From the NCBI GenBank assembly GCA_046063325.1, contig JBJTMC010000094.1, forward strand, positions 1 to 54,047: a stretch of 54,047 nt of DNA, written 5' to 3'. Source of the stretch: Novosphingobium sp. GTDB lineage: Bacteria; Pseudomonadota; Alphaproteobacteria; Sphingomonadales; Sphingomonadaceae. Below are positions 18,304 to 27,647 of the stretch, one piece after another. Within the stretch, counting starts at the first letter, position 1, and each line of letters opens with the position of its first letter. The notes below the pieces were generated by a model. It did no database searches and was not told the DNA's origin. It was given only the letters and a program-made list of their open reading frames with translations. The translations under genes and the position numbers were made by a program.

Positions 18304-19692
18304 ATGAGTGAGAACGATAACAATGCGCCAGGCTCGCCCGGGGATCTGATTGAATGTATCGAGGGCGCTCCGCTTGACCTGCGGTATTGGGCTGTGTTCG
18401 TCATCCTCAGCCTGGTCTTTGTAATCGACTTTTTCGACCTGTTCCTCGTCGGGTTCCTCGTGCCGGTCTTTGCCCCTGATTGGCAGCTGACTTATTCCGA
18501 AACTTCGATCATCCTGCTGGGAGCGGGCGTCGGCGCGATAATCGGAGCGCTTGTCGGGGGCACGCTCTCCGACCGGCTTGGCCGCAAGCCGGTGCTCCTT
18601 ACCGGAAATGTCCTTTGCGGTCTCGCGACCGGATCGCTGTCGCTGGTCCCCGATGGCTCCTGGGCCCTCTTCGCGGTGCTGCGCGTGTTCGGCGGACTTG
18701 CCATCGGCGCGATGGCGGCGGCGACGGTGGCCATGGTCGTGGAACGCACGCCGCGCCGCCACCGAACTCTCGTTACCGGGCTCAACCTTGTTGCCCCCTC
18801 CATCGGCATCCTGCTCGCATCGCTGACGGCAGGTTTCGTGCTGGACCATCTGGGCTGGCGCGGTCTGGCCGCTATTGGTTACGCGCCGCTGGTGCTGGTC
18901 CCGCTGATCTGGTTGTTTGTTTCTGAATCGATACACTGGCAAATTGCGGTGGGGCACACGGCAAAGGCGCGGACCGCAGCGGAAAAGCTGCTGCGGCGCA
19001 GCGTCGATGATCTCCAGCTACCGGCCATCCCGGCCCAGCCCCCGGTCGCCGGCCTGGGTGAGCTCTATGCCGAACGCAGCCGGTTCTGGCTGGTGCTGCT
19101 GCTGATGCTCGGTTCGACGACCGGCATCTATGGCACCTACCTCTGGGCACCTTCGGTCTTGGCGGCGGCTGGCGGCACTACGCCCGCAGCGGCTGCATCG
19201 CTGTTTGCACTTGTTTCAGGTGCAGGCGTGATCGGCAAGGCGGGCATTGCCTTGATCGCGCATCGTTTTGGCCGCCACCCCACCGGCGTCGCCTGCATGG
19301 CCGCTGGCGCGGTTAGCCTGATCGGCGCGGCATTGGCGGGCAATGCCATGCTCGGCAGCATTCCGCTGATCCTGTTCTGCTTCATCGGCGTGGGCTTCTT
19401 TCTCGATGGTGGATCGTCGAACTTCTATCCTTATGCAGCCGAGGTTTTTCCAGTTCGCCTCGCCTCCCGAGGGGCAGGATTGGCGCAGGCCGGCAATGGC
19501 ATCGGCAAGATCCTTGGCCCGATCAGTCTAGCGTTGATCGCCGGCTCGGGGGATGTCATGCGACCGGCAGCAACCAGCGAGGCGATTTTGCCGGCATTCC
19601 TGTTCATGGCGGCTTGTGTCGCGATCGGGCTGCTGGCGATGATTTTCGTGCCCATCGAAACCAGTGGTCGGAAGCTGAGTGTGGCATCCTGA
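18304..19692 (+). CDS. MFS transporter (aromatic/organic acid:H+ symporter-like)
   Basis: DFFD in TM1, motif A GTLSDRLGRK, AEVFPVRL, many hydrophobic segments. Confidence 0.9.
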   Translation: MSENDNNAPGSPGDLIECIEGAPLDLRYWAVFVILSLVFVIDFFDLFLVGFLVPVFAPDWQLTYSETSIILLGAGVGAIIGALVGGTLSDRLGRKPVLLTGNVLCGLATGSLSLVPDGSWALFAVLRVFGGLAIGAMAAATVAMVVERTPRRHRTLVTGLNLVAPSIGILLASLTAGFVLDHLGWRGLAAIGYAPLVLVPLIWLFVSESIHWQIAVGHTAKARTAAEKLLRRSVDDLQLPAIPAQPPVAGLGELYAERSRFWLVLLLMLGSTTGIYGTYLWAPSVLAAAGGTTPAAAASLFALVSGAGVIGKAGIALIAHRFGRHPTGVACMAAGAVSLIGAALAGNAMLGSIPLILFCFIGVGFFLDGGSSNFYPYAAEVFPVRLASRGAGLAQAGNGIGKILGPISLALIAGSGDVMRPAATSEAILPAFLFMAACVAIGLLAMIFVPIETSGRKLSVAS

Positions 19693-19713
19693 TTCAGCCG
19701 CCGGCGGTACGGC

Positions 19714-20466
19714 TCAGTCTTCGTAGCGCATCCCTGCCCCGATGATCCCGCCGTCGACGGTAAGCACCGCGCCGGTCATGTAGCGAGCGCTGTCGCTCAA
19801 CAGGAATGCGATGGCATTGGCGACTTCATCCGGAGCGCCAAGCCGCCCCAGCATGGCTCGCTTCTTCAGCAGTTCGATTGCCGAGCCTGCTGCTGACAGC
19901 ATGAGCGGCGTTTCGATCGGTCCCGGAATCAGCGTGTTCGCGCGGACCCCGTATCGGGCAAGATCGATCGCGATCGAGCGCATCAACGCAATGACCCCCG
20001 CTTTCGAAACCCCGTAAGACAAATTGCCATAGTTCGGCATCTGCCCTGCGCCCGAGGCAAAGGCGATGAGCACGCCCTCACCTCGCTCGGCCATTGCGCG
20101 ACCGGCGGTCTGGCACAGCTCGAAAGTGGTCGTGAGGTTGATGTCCAGAACCCGCTGCCAGCGTTCGAGCGAGCAATCGAGCAACTTGTCCGCCAGGATG
20201 ATCGCGGCGCAATGGACCAGACCATGAAGTGGCCCGCATTGCTCCTCGGCAGAAATCACCAGCCGCCCGATGGCGCCCGGCTCTCCCAGATCGACCGGAA
20301 TGGTGACCACGCGATCGAGGCCACCGACCGCTGCTTCCAGATTTGCGGCATCTACATCCGTGGCGACAACCCAGGCGCCATCGCGCGACAGCCGCCGGGC
20401 GATGGCGGCCCCTAGTCCGCCGGCGGCTCCCGTGACCAGAACGGTCTTGCCGGTGAACTGGCTCAT
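19714..20466 (-). CDS. Classical SDR oxidoreductase
   Basis: TGAAGGLG, YGVSK, PGPIETP, VDGG. Confidence 0.9.
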   Translation of the reverse strand: MSQFTGKTVLVTGAAGGLGAAIARRLSRDGAWVVATDVDAANLEAAVGGLDRVVTIPVDLGEPGAIGRLVISAEEQCGPLHGLVHCAAIILADKLLDCSLERWQRVLDINLTTTFELCQTAGRAMAERGEGVLIAFASGAGQMPNYGNLSYGVSKAGVIALMRSIAIDLARYGVRANTLIPGPIETPLMLSAAGSAIELLKKRAMLGRLGAPDEVANAIAFLLSDSARYMTGAVLTVDGGIIGAGMRYED

Positions 20467-21236
20467 GCCCCGGCCTGCTCAATGGAGGCAGCCGGGAAAA
20501 GCGCGTTGCCAATGCTCATGCCGCCATCCACAGACACTGTCTGGCCCGTGATCAGCGACGCCTCGTCCGACAGCAGGAAGGCGATCACCTCGGCAATTTC
20601 GGGCGGCTGGGCATAGCGGCCCATCGGGATGCGCGATGTCAGCAGCCGGCGGATTTCCGAGCTGTGCAAATGCTTGATCAGCGGCGTTTCGGTCGCCCCG
20701 GGGGCAACCGCATTGGCCCGCACGCCAAGTCTGCCCAATTCCATGGCGAACCCCCGCGTCAACAGCTCCAGACCCGCCTTGCTGCTCGAATAGGTCGCCC
20801 CGCCGGAGTTGGGCCGGGTGGCCGCAACCGAGCTTATCGTCACGATGCTGCCGCCACCTGCGCCAGCCATCCGCGACGCAGCCGCCTGGCAGCAGATGAA
20901 AGCCCCGGTGAGGTTGACCGCGATTGACGCCTTCCAGTCCGCCAGACCGATATCAAGGAAAGGCATCGCGCAGGCGATGGCCGGGCAGTGGACATAACCA
21001 TGGAGGCGACCGAACTGCGTGTCGAATGCCTCAAACATCGCGCTCACGCTGGCCGGATCGGCAACATCGACCTCTAGGCCTGCGCCATTGGGCAACTGCG
21101 CTGCTACGGCCTGCGCGCGCTGCACGTCGATGTCTGCAACGCACACCCGGTGCTGGCCGGTCAAGCCAAGACAGGCCGCCGTGGCAGCGCCAATTCCGGA
21201 ACCACCTCCGGTGATGAGAATGTTCCGCATGGTCAT
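20463..21236 (-). CDS. Classical SDR oxidoreductase
   Basis: TGGGSGIG, YSSSK, APGATETP, VDGG; 4-bp overlap with the next gene. Confidence 0.9.
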   Translation of the reverse strand: MTMRNILITGGGSGIGAATAACLGLTGQHRVCVADIDVQRAQAVAAQLPNGAGLEVDVADPASVSAMFEAFDTQFGRLHGYVHCPAIACAMPFLDIGLADWKASIAVNLTGAFICCQAAASRMAGAGGGSIVTISSVAATRPNSGGATYSSSKAGLELLTRGFAMELGRLGVRANAVAPGATETPLIKHLHSSEIRRLLTSRIPMGRYAQPPEIAEVIAFLLSDEASLITGQTVSVDGGMSIGNALFPAASIEQAGA

Positions 21237-21260
21237 ATACGTAGCGCTTGCATCCGCCTT

Positions 21261-22193
21261 CTAGAAAGCCACGCGATCGCCGCCCTTGGTGCCGAGCATC
21301 GTTCGCGCCTCGGCGGGCGTGGCAATTTCCAGATCAAGCTCGTTCAGAATCCGCACGATCTTTTTCACCTGGTCCGTATTGCTCGTCGCGAGCCGCCCCT
21401 TGCCGGCATAGAGACTGTCCTCCAGCCCGACTCGAACATGGCCACCGAGAATGGCGTTCATCGTCACAAACGGTATCTGTGCCTTGCCAGCGCCCAGCAC
21501 GGACATCATGTAATCGGAACCAAATAGACGATCAGCAATCATCCGCATATGCAGCAAATTGTCCGCGTCCGCGCCGATACCCCCCATAATCCCGAGTACG
21601 GCCTGCAAGAAGAACGGCGGCTTCACGAGGCCGCTGTCGACGAAATGCGCGAGATTGTAGAGATGGGCGATATCATAACATTCGAATTCGAACCGCGTGC
21701 CATTGGCGCTCAGTTCGGTAATGCCGCGCTCCATCTGTGCGAAGGTGTTCGAGAGGATGAAATCCTTGGTCATCTCCAGATAGGGCTTCTCCCAGGGGAA
21801 CTTGAACTCGGCGATCCGCTGGCCCGCGCCAGAAATGTTGAAGTTGAACGAACCCATGTTCATCGAAGCGATCTCGGGCTGAAACTTCAGGGCCGGCGCC
21901 AGCCGGTCGTCTAGCGACATCCCGAGTCCGCCGCCCGTGGTGATGTTGATGATCGCATCGGTGCTCTGCTTGATCGTCGGCAGAAACCGGCCGAACAGTT
22001 CAGGCGACTGATCGGGAGCGCCGGTTTCTGGATTGCGCGCATGCAGATGCAGCATGGCTGCGCCAGCCTCGGCTGCGGCGATTGCCTCGCGGGCGATCTC
22101 CTCCGGCGTGATCGGCAAGTGCGGCGACATGCTGGGTGTGTGGATTGCGCCGGTGACGGCGCAGGTGATAATGACTTTGGAACTTTTCGCCAT
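21261..22193 (-). CDS. Beta-keto acid cleavage enzyme (BKACE/DUF849, Kce family)
   Basis: KVIITCAVTGAIHTPSMSPHLP, HLHAR metal motif, FECYD, HVRVGLED; start ATG 22193. Confidence 0.92.
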   Translation of the reverse strand: MAKSSKVIITCAVTGAIHTPSMSPHLPITPEEIAREAIAAAEAGAAMLHLHARNPETGAPDQSPELFGRFLPTIKQSTDAIINITTGGGLGMSLDDRLAPALKFQPEIASMNMGSFNFNISGAGQRIAEFKFPWEKPYLEMTKDFILSNTFAQMERGITELSANGTRFEFECYDIAHLYNLAHFVDSGLVKPPFFLQAVLGIMGGIGADADNLLHMRMIADRLFGSDYMMSVLGAGKAQIPFVTMNAILGGHVRVGLEDSLYAGKGRLATSNTDQVKKIVRILNELDLEIATPAEARTMLGTKGGDRVAF

Positions 22194-22239
22194 GGAATTC
22201 CCTAATCGGCTGCGGCCCTTCCCGGATAGATACCCGGAT

Positions 22240-23043
22240 TTAGCGTGTCCTGACGCCCAGAAACTGTGCGAGCAATTCGTTGAATGCCTGCGGCTGGTCG
22301 AGGTTCGCCACGTGTGCGGCGCCCTGAATAATGCTGAACTGCGCATCGCGCACCCGGCCCGCGCAGTCGCGCATTTCCTCGCAAACCACATCTTCCGATC
22401 CGCACAGGAACATCGTGGGCGTGTCGATCTCGCCCAGCCGTTTCTTGTAGTCGAGCGTCGGGAACATGGCGACAATATTGCGCCACCCATTATCGTCGGT
22501 TGCCTCAATTCCAGCGAGAAGTTCGGCAGCTAACGTGGGGTTGGCGGCGCGGGTTTCGGCTGTCAGCCAGGTCGCGAGGATTTCGGCAGCGATTGCCTGC
22601 GTCCCGCCCGCGTCGACTTGCGCGCTGCGACCACGCCACAGTTCGAGATAACCGGGCACTGCGTCGAACCGGCAATCCGCCAGGACCAGACGATCAAGCC
22701 GCTCGCCATGGTTGAGCCCCAACCCTGCGCCGACAATCCCGCCGAGCGACAGGCCGACGTAATGCGACCGGGCGACGCCCAGCGCATCCCAGACGGCAAC
22801 CACGTCGGCCGCCAGACGGCCAAATCCGTCAGGCGCAGGCGCGATGGACGAGCCGCCATGGCCGCGAAAGTCGATCCGCGCGATGCGGAAACTCTCTGCC
22901 AAGGCCTGAACCTGCGGTGCCCACATGGCAGAAGTGGCGGCAAGCGAATGCGTGAAAGTGAGGACAGGAGCATCGGCCGGGCCATCAAGGTAAACGGCGA
23001 GCGAGGCGCCATCGACCGTCCTGATGGTCAGAGTTTCGGTCAC
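22240..23043 (-). CDS. Alpha/beta hydrolase, 3-oxoadipate enol-lactonase (PcaD)-like
   Basis: HSLAAT..MW.PQ, DFRGHGGS, GLSLGG, GSED, AAHVANLDQP. Confidence 0.85.
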   Translation of the reverse strand: MTETLTIRTVDGASLAVYLDGPADAPVLTFTHSLAATSAMWAPQVQALAESFRIARIDFRGHGGSSIAPAPDGFGRLAADVVAVWDALGVARSHYVGLSLGGIVGAGLGLNHGERLDRLVLADCRFDAVPGYLELWRGRSAQVDAGGTQAIAAEILATWLTAETRAANPTLAAELLAGIEATDDNGWRNIVAMFPTLDYKKRLGEIDTPTMFLCGSEDVVCEEMRDCAGRVRDAQFSIIQGAAHVANLDQPQAFNELLAQFLGVRTR

Positions 23044-24143
23044 GCGGCAACCCGTCCCGAATCAAGCTGCGCGTTGACTCGCGGCATCACGCGCTCCGCC
23101 ATCAGCTCGACCGAACGGATCGCCAGATCGCGATCGACCCAGTCATGGCCAGCGTAGAGAAGGGTTCCGAAATCTCCGATTTCATCCCGGTAGGCCAGGA
23201 TTTCATCGGCCACCTTGTCGGGCGTACCCCAGATCACAACCTGGTCGATCACGCTTTCGACGGTCACCGCGCTGTCAGGCATTGACGGATCCTTCTTAAA
23301 AACATTGGCGCGGCCATTGCCGACAAGTTTTGTCACAACCGAGCGGTAGTAGTTGTGATAGGGGCCGGAGGCCTCCGTAGCGTAGCGCCGGGCAGTTTCC
23401 ATGTCCTCTGACACGAAAATGCTCTTGGCCACGCGCCAGTTGGCGGGATCGGCTACGCGCCCGCCCTGCTCGCAGCCCTCGACGTATTTCGGCCAATGAC
23501 TCTTGACGATCCAGGTCGGCACGAAATGGGCCGAGAGCGGATCCCAGCCGCGCACAGCAGCAGCGGTTATGCCCTGTGAATGGGGGGCTACCGCAGTCAC
23601 CACGATTGGGGGGTGTGGTTGCTGTAGCGGCTTGTGGATGAAGCCTTGTCCGATTTCGGGCAGGAAAGTCCGTGTCGTCTGGACGTTCCAGTACTTGCCC
23701 TTGATGTCGTATGGTGCCTCGCTCTCCCATATCTCCAAGACCTGGTTGATGCATTCAAGGAACATCTCGTTGCGGTTGGCATCGAGGTTGCCAAACACTT
23801 CTGCGTCCGAAAGCAGACCGCCGGGGCTGATGCCCATCATGAGACGCCCGTTCGACATATGATCGAGCATCGCTATGCTAGCTGCCACTCGGGCAGGGTG
23901 GTGATTCGGCATGTTCAGCGTACCGGTGCCGAGCTTGATATTTTTGGTGGTGTCGAGAAGCCACGCAATGAACATCATCGAATCTGTGATGACCTCGGCC
24001 GCGTCGGTAACATGTTCACCGATGAACGCTTCAACGTAGCCCAGCCGGTCAGCCAGCTGGATGAATTCCTTGTCTTCCAGCATGACTTGGGCGAGCGGGC
24101 GTCCCAGTGCGTGCAGAGGTTGGGTAAAAAGTCCAAGTTTCAT
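23040..24143 (-). CDS. Luciferase-like (LLM) flavin-dependent monooxygenase, resembling diketocamphane monooxygenases (type II BVMO)
   Basis: MKLGLF, IGEHVT, NHHPA, SPGGLLSD, WRVAKSIFV, WGTPDKV; alternative TTG start at 24152. Confidence 0.88.
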   Translation of the reverse strand: MKLGLFTQPLHALGRPLAQVMLEDKEFIQLADRLGYVEAFIGEHVTDAAEVITDSMMFIAWLLDTTKNIKLGTGTLNMPNHHPARVAASIAMLDHMSNGRLMMGISPGGLLSDAEVFGNLDANRNEMFLECINQVLEIWESEAPYDIKGKYWNVQTTRTFLPEIGQGFIHKPLQQPHPPIVVTAVAPHSQGITAAAVRGWDPLSAHFVPTWIVKSHWPKYVEGCEQGGRVADPANWRVAKSIFVSEDMETARRYATEASGPYHNYYRSVVTKLVGNGRANVFKKDPSMPDSAVTVESVIDQVVIWGTPDKVADEILAYRDEIGDFGTLLYAGHDWVDRDLAIRSVELMAERVMPRVNAQLDSGRVAA

Positions 24144-24173
24144 TTCAGGCAAACTCCATGAACCAGAGGCTCT

Positions 24174-24713
24174 TCAGAAAGGGTTTGCAGTTCCGTCCGG
24201 CAGGGGGACTGCAAATACATTGATCGTCATGCAAATGAAGGAATAGTATCCGACGATCCCGACGAGATCGACGACCTTGCGATCCCCCAGAAGTCCAGTC
24301 GCTTTTTGATAGAGCGCATCATCGATCTGGCGCGTCTCGATCAGGGTTGTGCAAAAAACATGGACAAGCGCTTCATCGTCGCGCTCGAATTTTGGCGGTG
24401 CACCAATGCGCATGGCCTCCACCACATCGGCATCAAGTCCCTGCGCAATCGCTATCGGCGCATGGACTGCCCATTCGAAGCCGGATTTCCAGGTGGCACC
24501 GCAAACCAGGATCGCGAGTTCGGAGAGGCGGGGCTCCAGCGCGCTGCCGAACCGACAAAACGCGCCAAGAGCCTGCGCGGCCTCCGCTAGCTGAGGGCTG
24601 TGCAGCCAGACGCGAAGGGGCCCTTCCACCTTGCCGCGCGGACCGGCAGTAATGATGTCGAACACCCTGCGTTGCTCTGCGTCGAGCTCTTCAGGAAGGT
24701 CAAGCCGGGCCAT
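24174..24713 (-). CDS. Carboxymuconolactone decarboxylase/AhpD-family protein
   Basis: GPRG..GPLRVWLHSP, ELAIL, FEWAVH, VDLVGIVGYY; ATG 24713 after GGAGG. Confidence 0.88.
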   Translation of the reverse strand: MARLDLPEELDAEQRRVFDIITAGPRGKVEGPLRVWLHSPQLAEAAQALGAFCRFGSALEPRLSELAILVCGATWKSGFEWAVHAPIAIAQGLDADVVEAMRIGAPPKFERDDEALVHVFCTTLIETRQIDDALYQKATGLLGDRKVVDLVGIVGYYSFICMTINVFAVPLPDGTANPF

Positions 24714-24933
24714 TGTCAGCCTCCATCCCGACGAGCAGGCCAACCGGAGTTCCGGGCCGAAGTGACACGCCTGCATTCACCGCCACACGCAGCATGGCTG
24801 ACATAAACCGGTCGTTGATCATCGTGGTCAGGCGCATTCCGTGTCCTCTCGGTCAGGAAATAGGCTGAGGCCCCAAGACCACAAAACGATCAGAAATGAA
24901 TTCTTCCATCAGAATTGTCGTTAGATGACCCCA

Positions 24934-26667
24934 TCAGGCGATGCGGTCTCCCTTCTTGATCTTGACTGTGCGACTATCGACCGCGGGCAGCATCGCGCCG
25001 GGATCGCGTGTAACGACCACATCGACTACAGTCGGCCCGGCCGGCTCGGCGATCAGCTTCGCGAAAGTCGGCGCAATCTGTTCGGGGTCTTCGAGGCGGA
25101 CGCTGCGGCAGCCCATTGCCCGGGCGATCTCGGCATAGTTCATTTCGACGAGATCACTCGACTGATAGTGCCCATCATACATCGCATGCTGGAGCGCCTT
25201 GATGTAGCCGGAGGCCGCATTGTTGACCACAACGATGATCGGGCTGACCCCAATACGCTTGGCCGTTTCAAGATCGCCCAGGGTCATGTTGAAGCCACCA
25301 TCGCCGGTCAGCGAGACGACTGGCCGACCCGGCGCGCCAAGCGCGCAACCGATAGCGCCGGGCAGGCCATAGCCAATCGAGGCGAGGCCCCGGTCCGCAA
25401 CATAGCCGCGCCCGCAGCGCTTTGTGTCATAGATCAGCCCGGTCCAGTGCGCGGCGAAACCGCCGTCAGCCACTACGATGCCGTCTTCCGGAATCACTGC
25501 GTTGAGCTCATTGACCAGCCGCGCCATGTTGATCGGGCGTTCGGTCGATTGCAGCCGGGCTCGGGCTTCGTCGCGCCACTTTGCCATCCGGGGACCAATT
25601 TCCGCCGCTTGTTCGGCGCGCGCTGCGGCGACTGTCCCATCCGGCCGGCCGGCCGCGTCCATCAGGTCGGCGAGCCCTTCGCGCACGTCACCCCACAGGC
25701 ACACGTCGGCCGCTGTGGTCCGGCCGAATTCCTCGGCAACGATATCAAGATGGATGACGGGAGTCTTCGAACTCAACAATTCGTATCGGCGGGTCGCGAT
25801 CTCGCCGAGCTTGCAGCCGACAACCAGCAGGCAATCGGATGATGCGATGAGATCGTTGGCGATCCGGCTGTAGCGACCGAACAGGCCAATTGACAGCGGA
25901 TCGGTGCAGGCAATCGCCCCTTTGCCCGACAGCGTATGCGCAACCGGCATCTGCATCGCCCGCGCGAACAGTTCAAGTTCCTGCGTCGCATCGGAGAGGT
26001 GGACACCGCCACCGGCCAGGATCAGCGGACGCTTCGCCGCTCCGAGGATCGCGGCGGCCCGCTCGGTGTCGGCCCGTGCCGGGCGAGACCGGCGAGAGGG
26101 AATGCGTGTGGTGGCGGGGTCGACGAAGAATTCGCTCGGATCGAACGTGTGCTCGCCGTGGGCAATATCCTCCGGAACATCGAGCAGGACCGGCCCCGGA
26201 CGGCCTGCGGTGGCAATCTGGTATGCACGGCGGACGAACTCAGGGATGCGGCTGACCATCTCCACCCGCAGTACATCCTTGACCACCGGGCGCAGGGCAT
26301 CGACCTGCCGCGTCTCCTGGGTCATGTTCTTGTGGGCATGCAGTCGATGGGCGTCACCGGTGATGGCAATCATCGGCGTTCCCGCGTTGTAGGCTTCTGC
26401 AAGCCCGGTCACCAGGTTTGTCGCACCTGGGCCGAGTGTTGCATCGCAAATGCCGACCTTGTTGGTGACCCGCGCATAGGCGTCTGCCGCAAAAGCGCCG
26501 GTACGTTCGTCGTTTATCAGGTAGTGCTGCAACCCCAGCCGGCCGACAGCATCATAGAACGGCAGCAGCTGGAAGCCGCCCATGCCGAACATCGGGCCAC
26601 AATTTGCCGCCTTGAACATTTCTGCGAGCGCTCGGCCGCCGGTTATCGGCTCGTTTTCGATGGTCAT
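24934..26667 (-). CDS. Single-chain ThDP-dependent enzyme (acetolactate synthase/decarboxylase superfamily)
   Basis: NDERTGAFAADAYAR (catalytic Glu), TLGPGATN, GRPGPV, ThDP motif GDGG...NN. Confidence 0.92.
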   Translation of the reverse strand: MTIENEPITGGRALAEMFKAANCGPMFGMGGFQLLPFYDAVGRLGLQHYLINDERTGAFAADAYARVTNKVGICDATLGPGATNLVTGLAEAYNAGTPMIAITGDAHRLHAHKNMTQETRQVDALRPVVKDVLRVEMVSRIPEFVRRAYQIATAGRPGPVLLDVPEDIAHGEHTFDPSEFFVDPATTRIPSRRSRPARADTERAAAILGAAKRPLILAGGGVHLSDATQELELFARAMQMPVAHTLSGKGAIACTDPLSIGLFGRYSRIANDLIASSDCLLVVGCKLGEIATRRYELLSSKTPVIHLDIVAEEFGRTTAADVCLWGDVREGLADLMDAAGRPDGTVAAARAEQAAEIGPRMAKWRDEARARLQSTERPINMARLVNELNAVIPEDGIVVADGGFAAHWTGLIYDTKRCGRGYVADRGLASIGYGLPGAIGCALGAPGRPVVSLTGDGGFNMTLGDLETAKRIGVSPIIVVVNNAASGYIKALQHAMYDGHYQSSDLVEMNYAEIARAMGCRSVRLEDPEQIAPTFAKLIAEPAGPTVVDVVVTRDPGAMLPAVDSRTVKIKKGDRIA

Positions 26668-26797
26668 GCGAATATATGTCCCACTTCATGCATCCCAAAA
26701 GGCAGTGCCTCAAGTGAAGGAGTTCGTCGACGAAGACAAGTCAAAATTCCATTGACAGAAACAGTATCCCGATAGATGCAACACATTATGGCCTGGA

Positions 26798-27610
26798 TTG
26801 AGAAGTGACGCGGTGCTTCGCGTCGTAAACAGCATCACATTGCTTGACCCGCGTGACCGCGGATGCGTTGCCGTGGCGGCCTCGCATGGCGGCCTCTATC
26901 CGGCATATCTCGCAGCAAAACTCGGCCTGCGGGGTGTCATTTTCAGCGATGCGGGGCGGGCGCTGGACGATTCCGGCATTGCGGGCCTCTATTCCCTCGA
27001 CCGGTCCGGCATTCCCGCTGCGGCCATATCAGTCGCCAGCGCCAGGATTGGCGACGGCGCGGATCTGATGGCGCGCGGCATCATTGCTTCGGTCAACCAG
27101 ACAGCTGCCGCGCTGGGCTGCGGGGAAGGCATGCGCTGCGCTGAGGCGGCCGATCTGTTCCGCAAGGCGGACGTGGCCGCCTGCGACGATCCGCCGCCTT
27201 ACAACGAAGAGCGGATCATGCTGCGCGATGCGGACCCTTGCATATTCGCGCTCGATTCGATCTCGCTGGTGCAGCCGGGCGATCTTGGCGCGATTGTCGT
27301 CTCCGGCTCGCATGGCGGATTGATCGGGGCTGACCGGACTGCGGTCAAGGTCGACGTGCTCGCGGCCATATACCACGACGCCGGGGGGGGCATCGACGGG
27401 GCCGGGTTCTCCCGGCTCCCCGCGCTCGACCGGATCGGGATTATCGGTGCGACTGTCGATGGCGCGAGCGCGCGCATCGGCGACGGGCGCTCGGTCTGGA
27501 GCACCGGAACAGTTTCGCGCTGCAACGCGCTTGCCGCGCGCTGCGGCGTGATCAGCGGCATGTCAGTGCCGGAACTTGCCGAGCGGGTGGCCTCATGCGC
27601 CACCGCGTAA
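26798..27610 (+). CDS. Uncharacterised protein made of two homologous ~125-aa halves
   Basis: Each half has SHGG, DAG..D.(S/A)G, LDR.GI..A, ASARIGDG and N..AA..G...GM. Confidence 0.8.
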   Translation: MRSDAVLRVVNSITLLDPRDRGCVAVAASHGGLYPAYLAAKLGLRGVIFSDAGRALDDSGIAGLYSLDRSGIPAAAISVASARIGDGADLMARGIIASVNQTAAALGCGEGMRCAEAADLFRKADVAACDDPPPYNEERIMLRDADPCIFALDSISLVQPGDLGAIVVSGSHGGLIGADRTAVKVDVLAAIYHDAGGGIDGAGFSRLPALDRIGIIGATVDGASARIGDGRSVWSTGTVSRCNALAARCGVISGMSVPELAERVASCATA

Positions 27611-27647
27611 CGCTTCCACATTTATGCCGTTCTATGAAAGGCTTGCC

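Noticed and set aside
22240-24713. pcaD/pcaC of the beta-ketoadipate pathway
   Set aside because: No protocatechuate or catechol dioxygenase, cycloisomerase or CoA-transferase is present; the similarity is only at family level.
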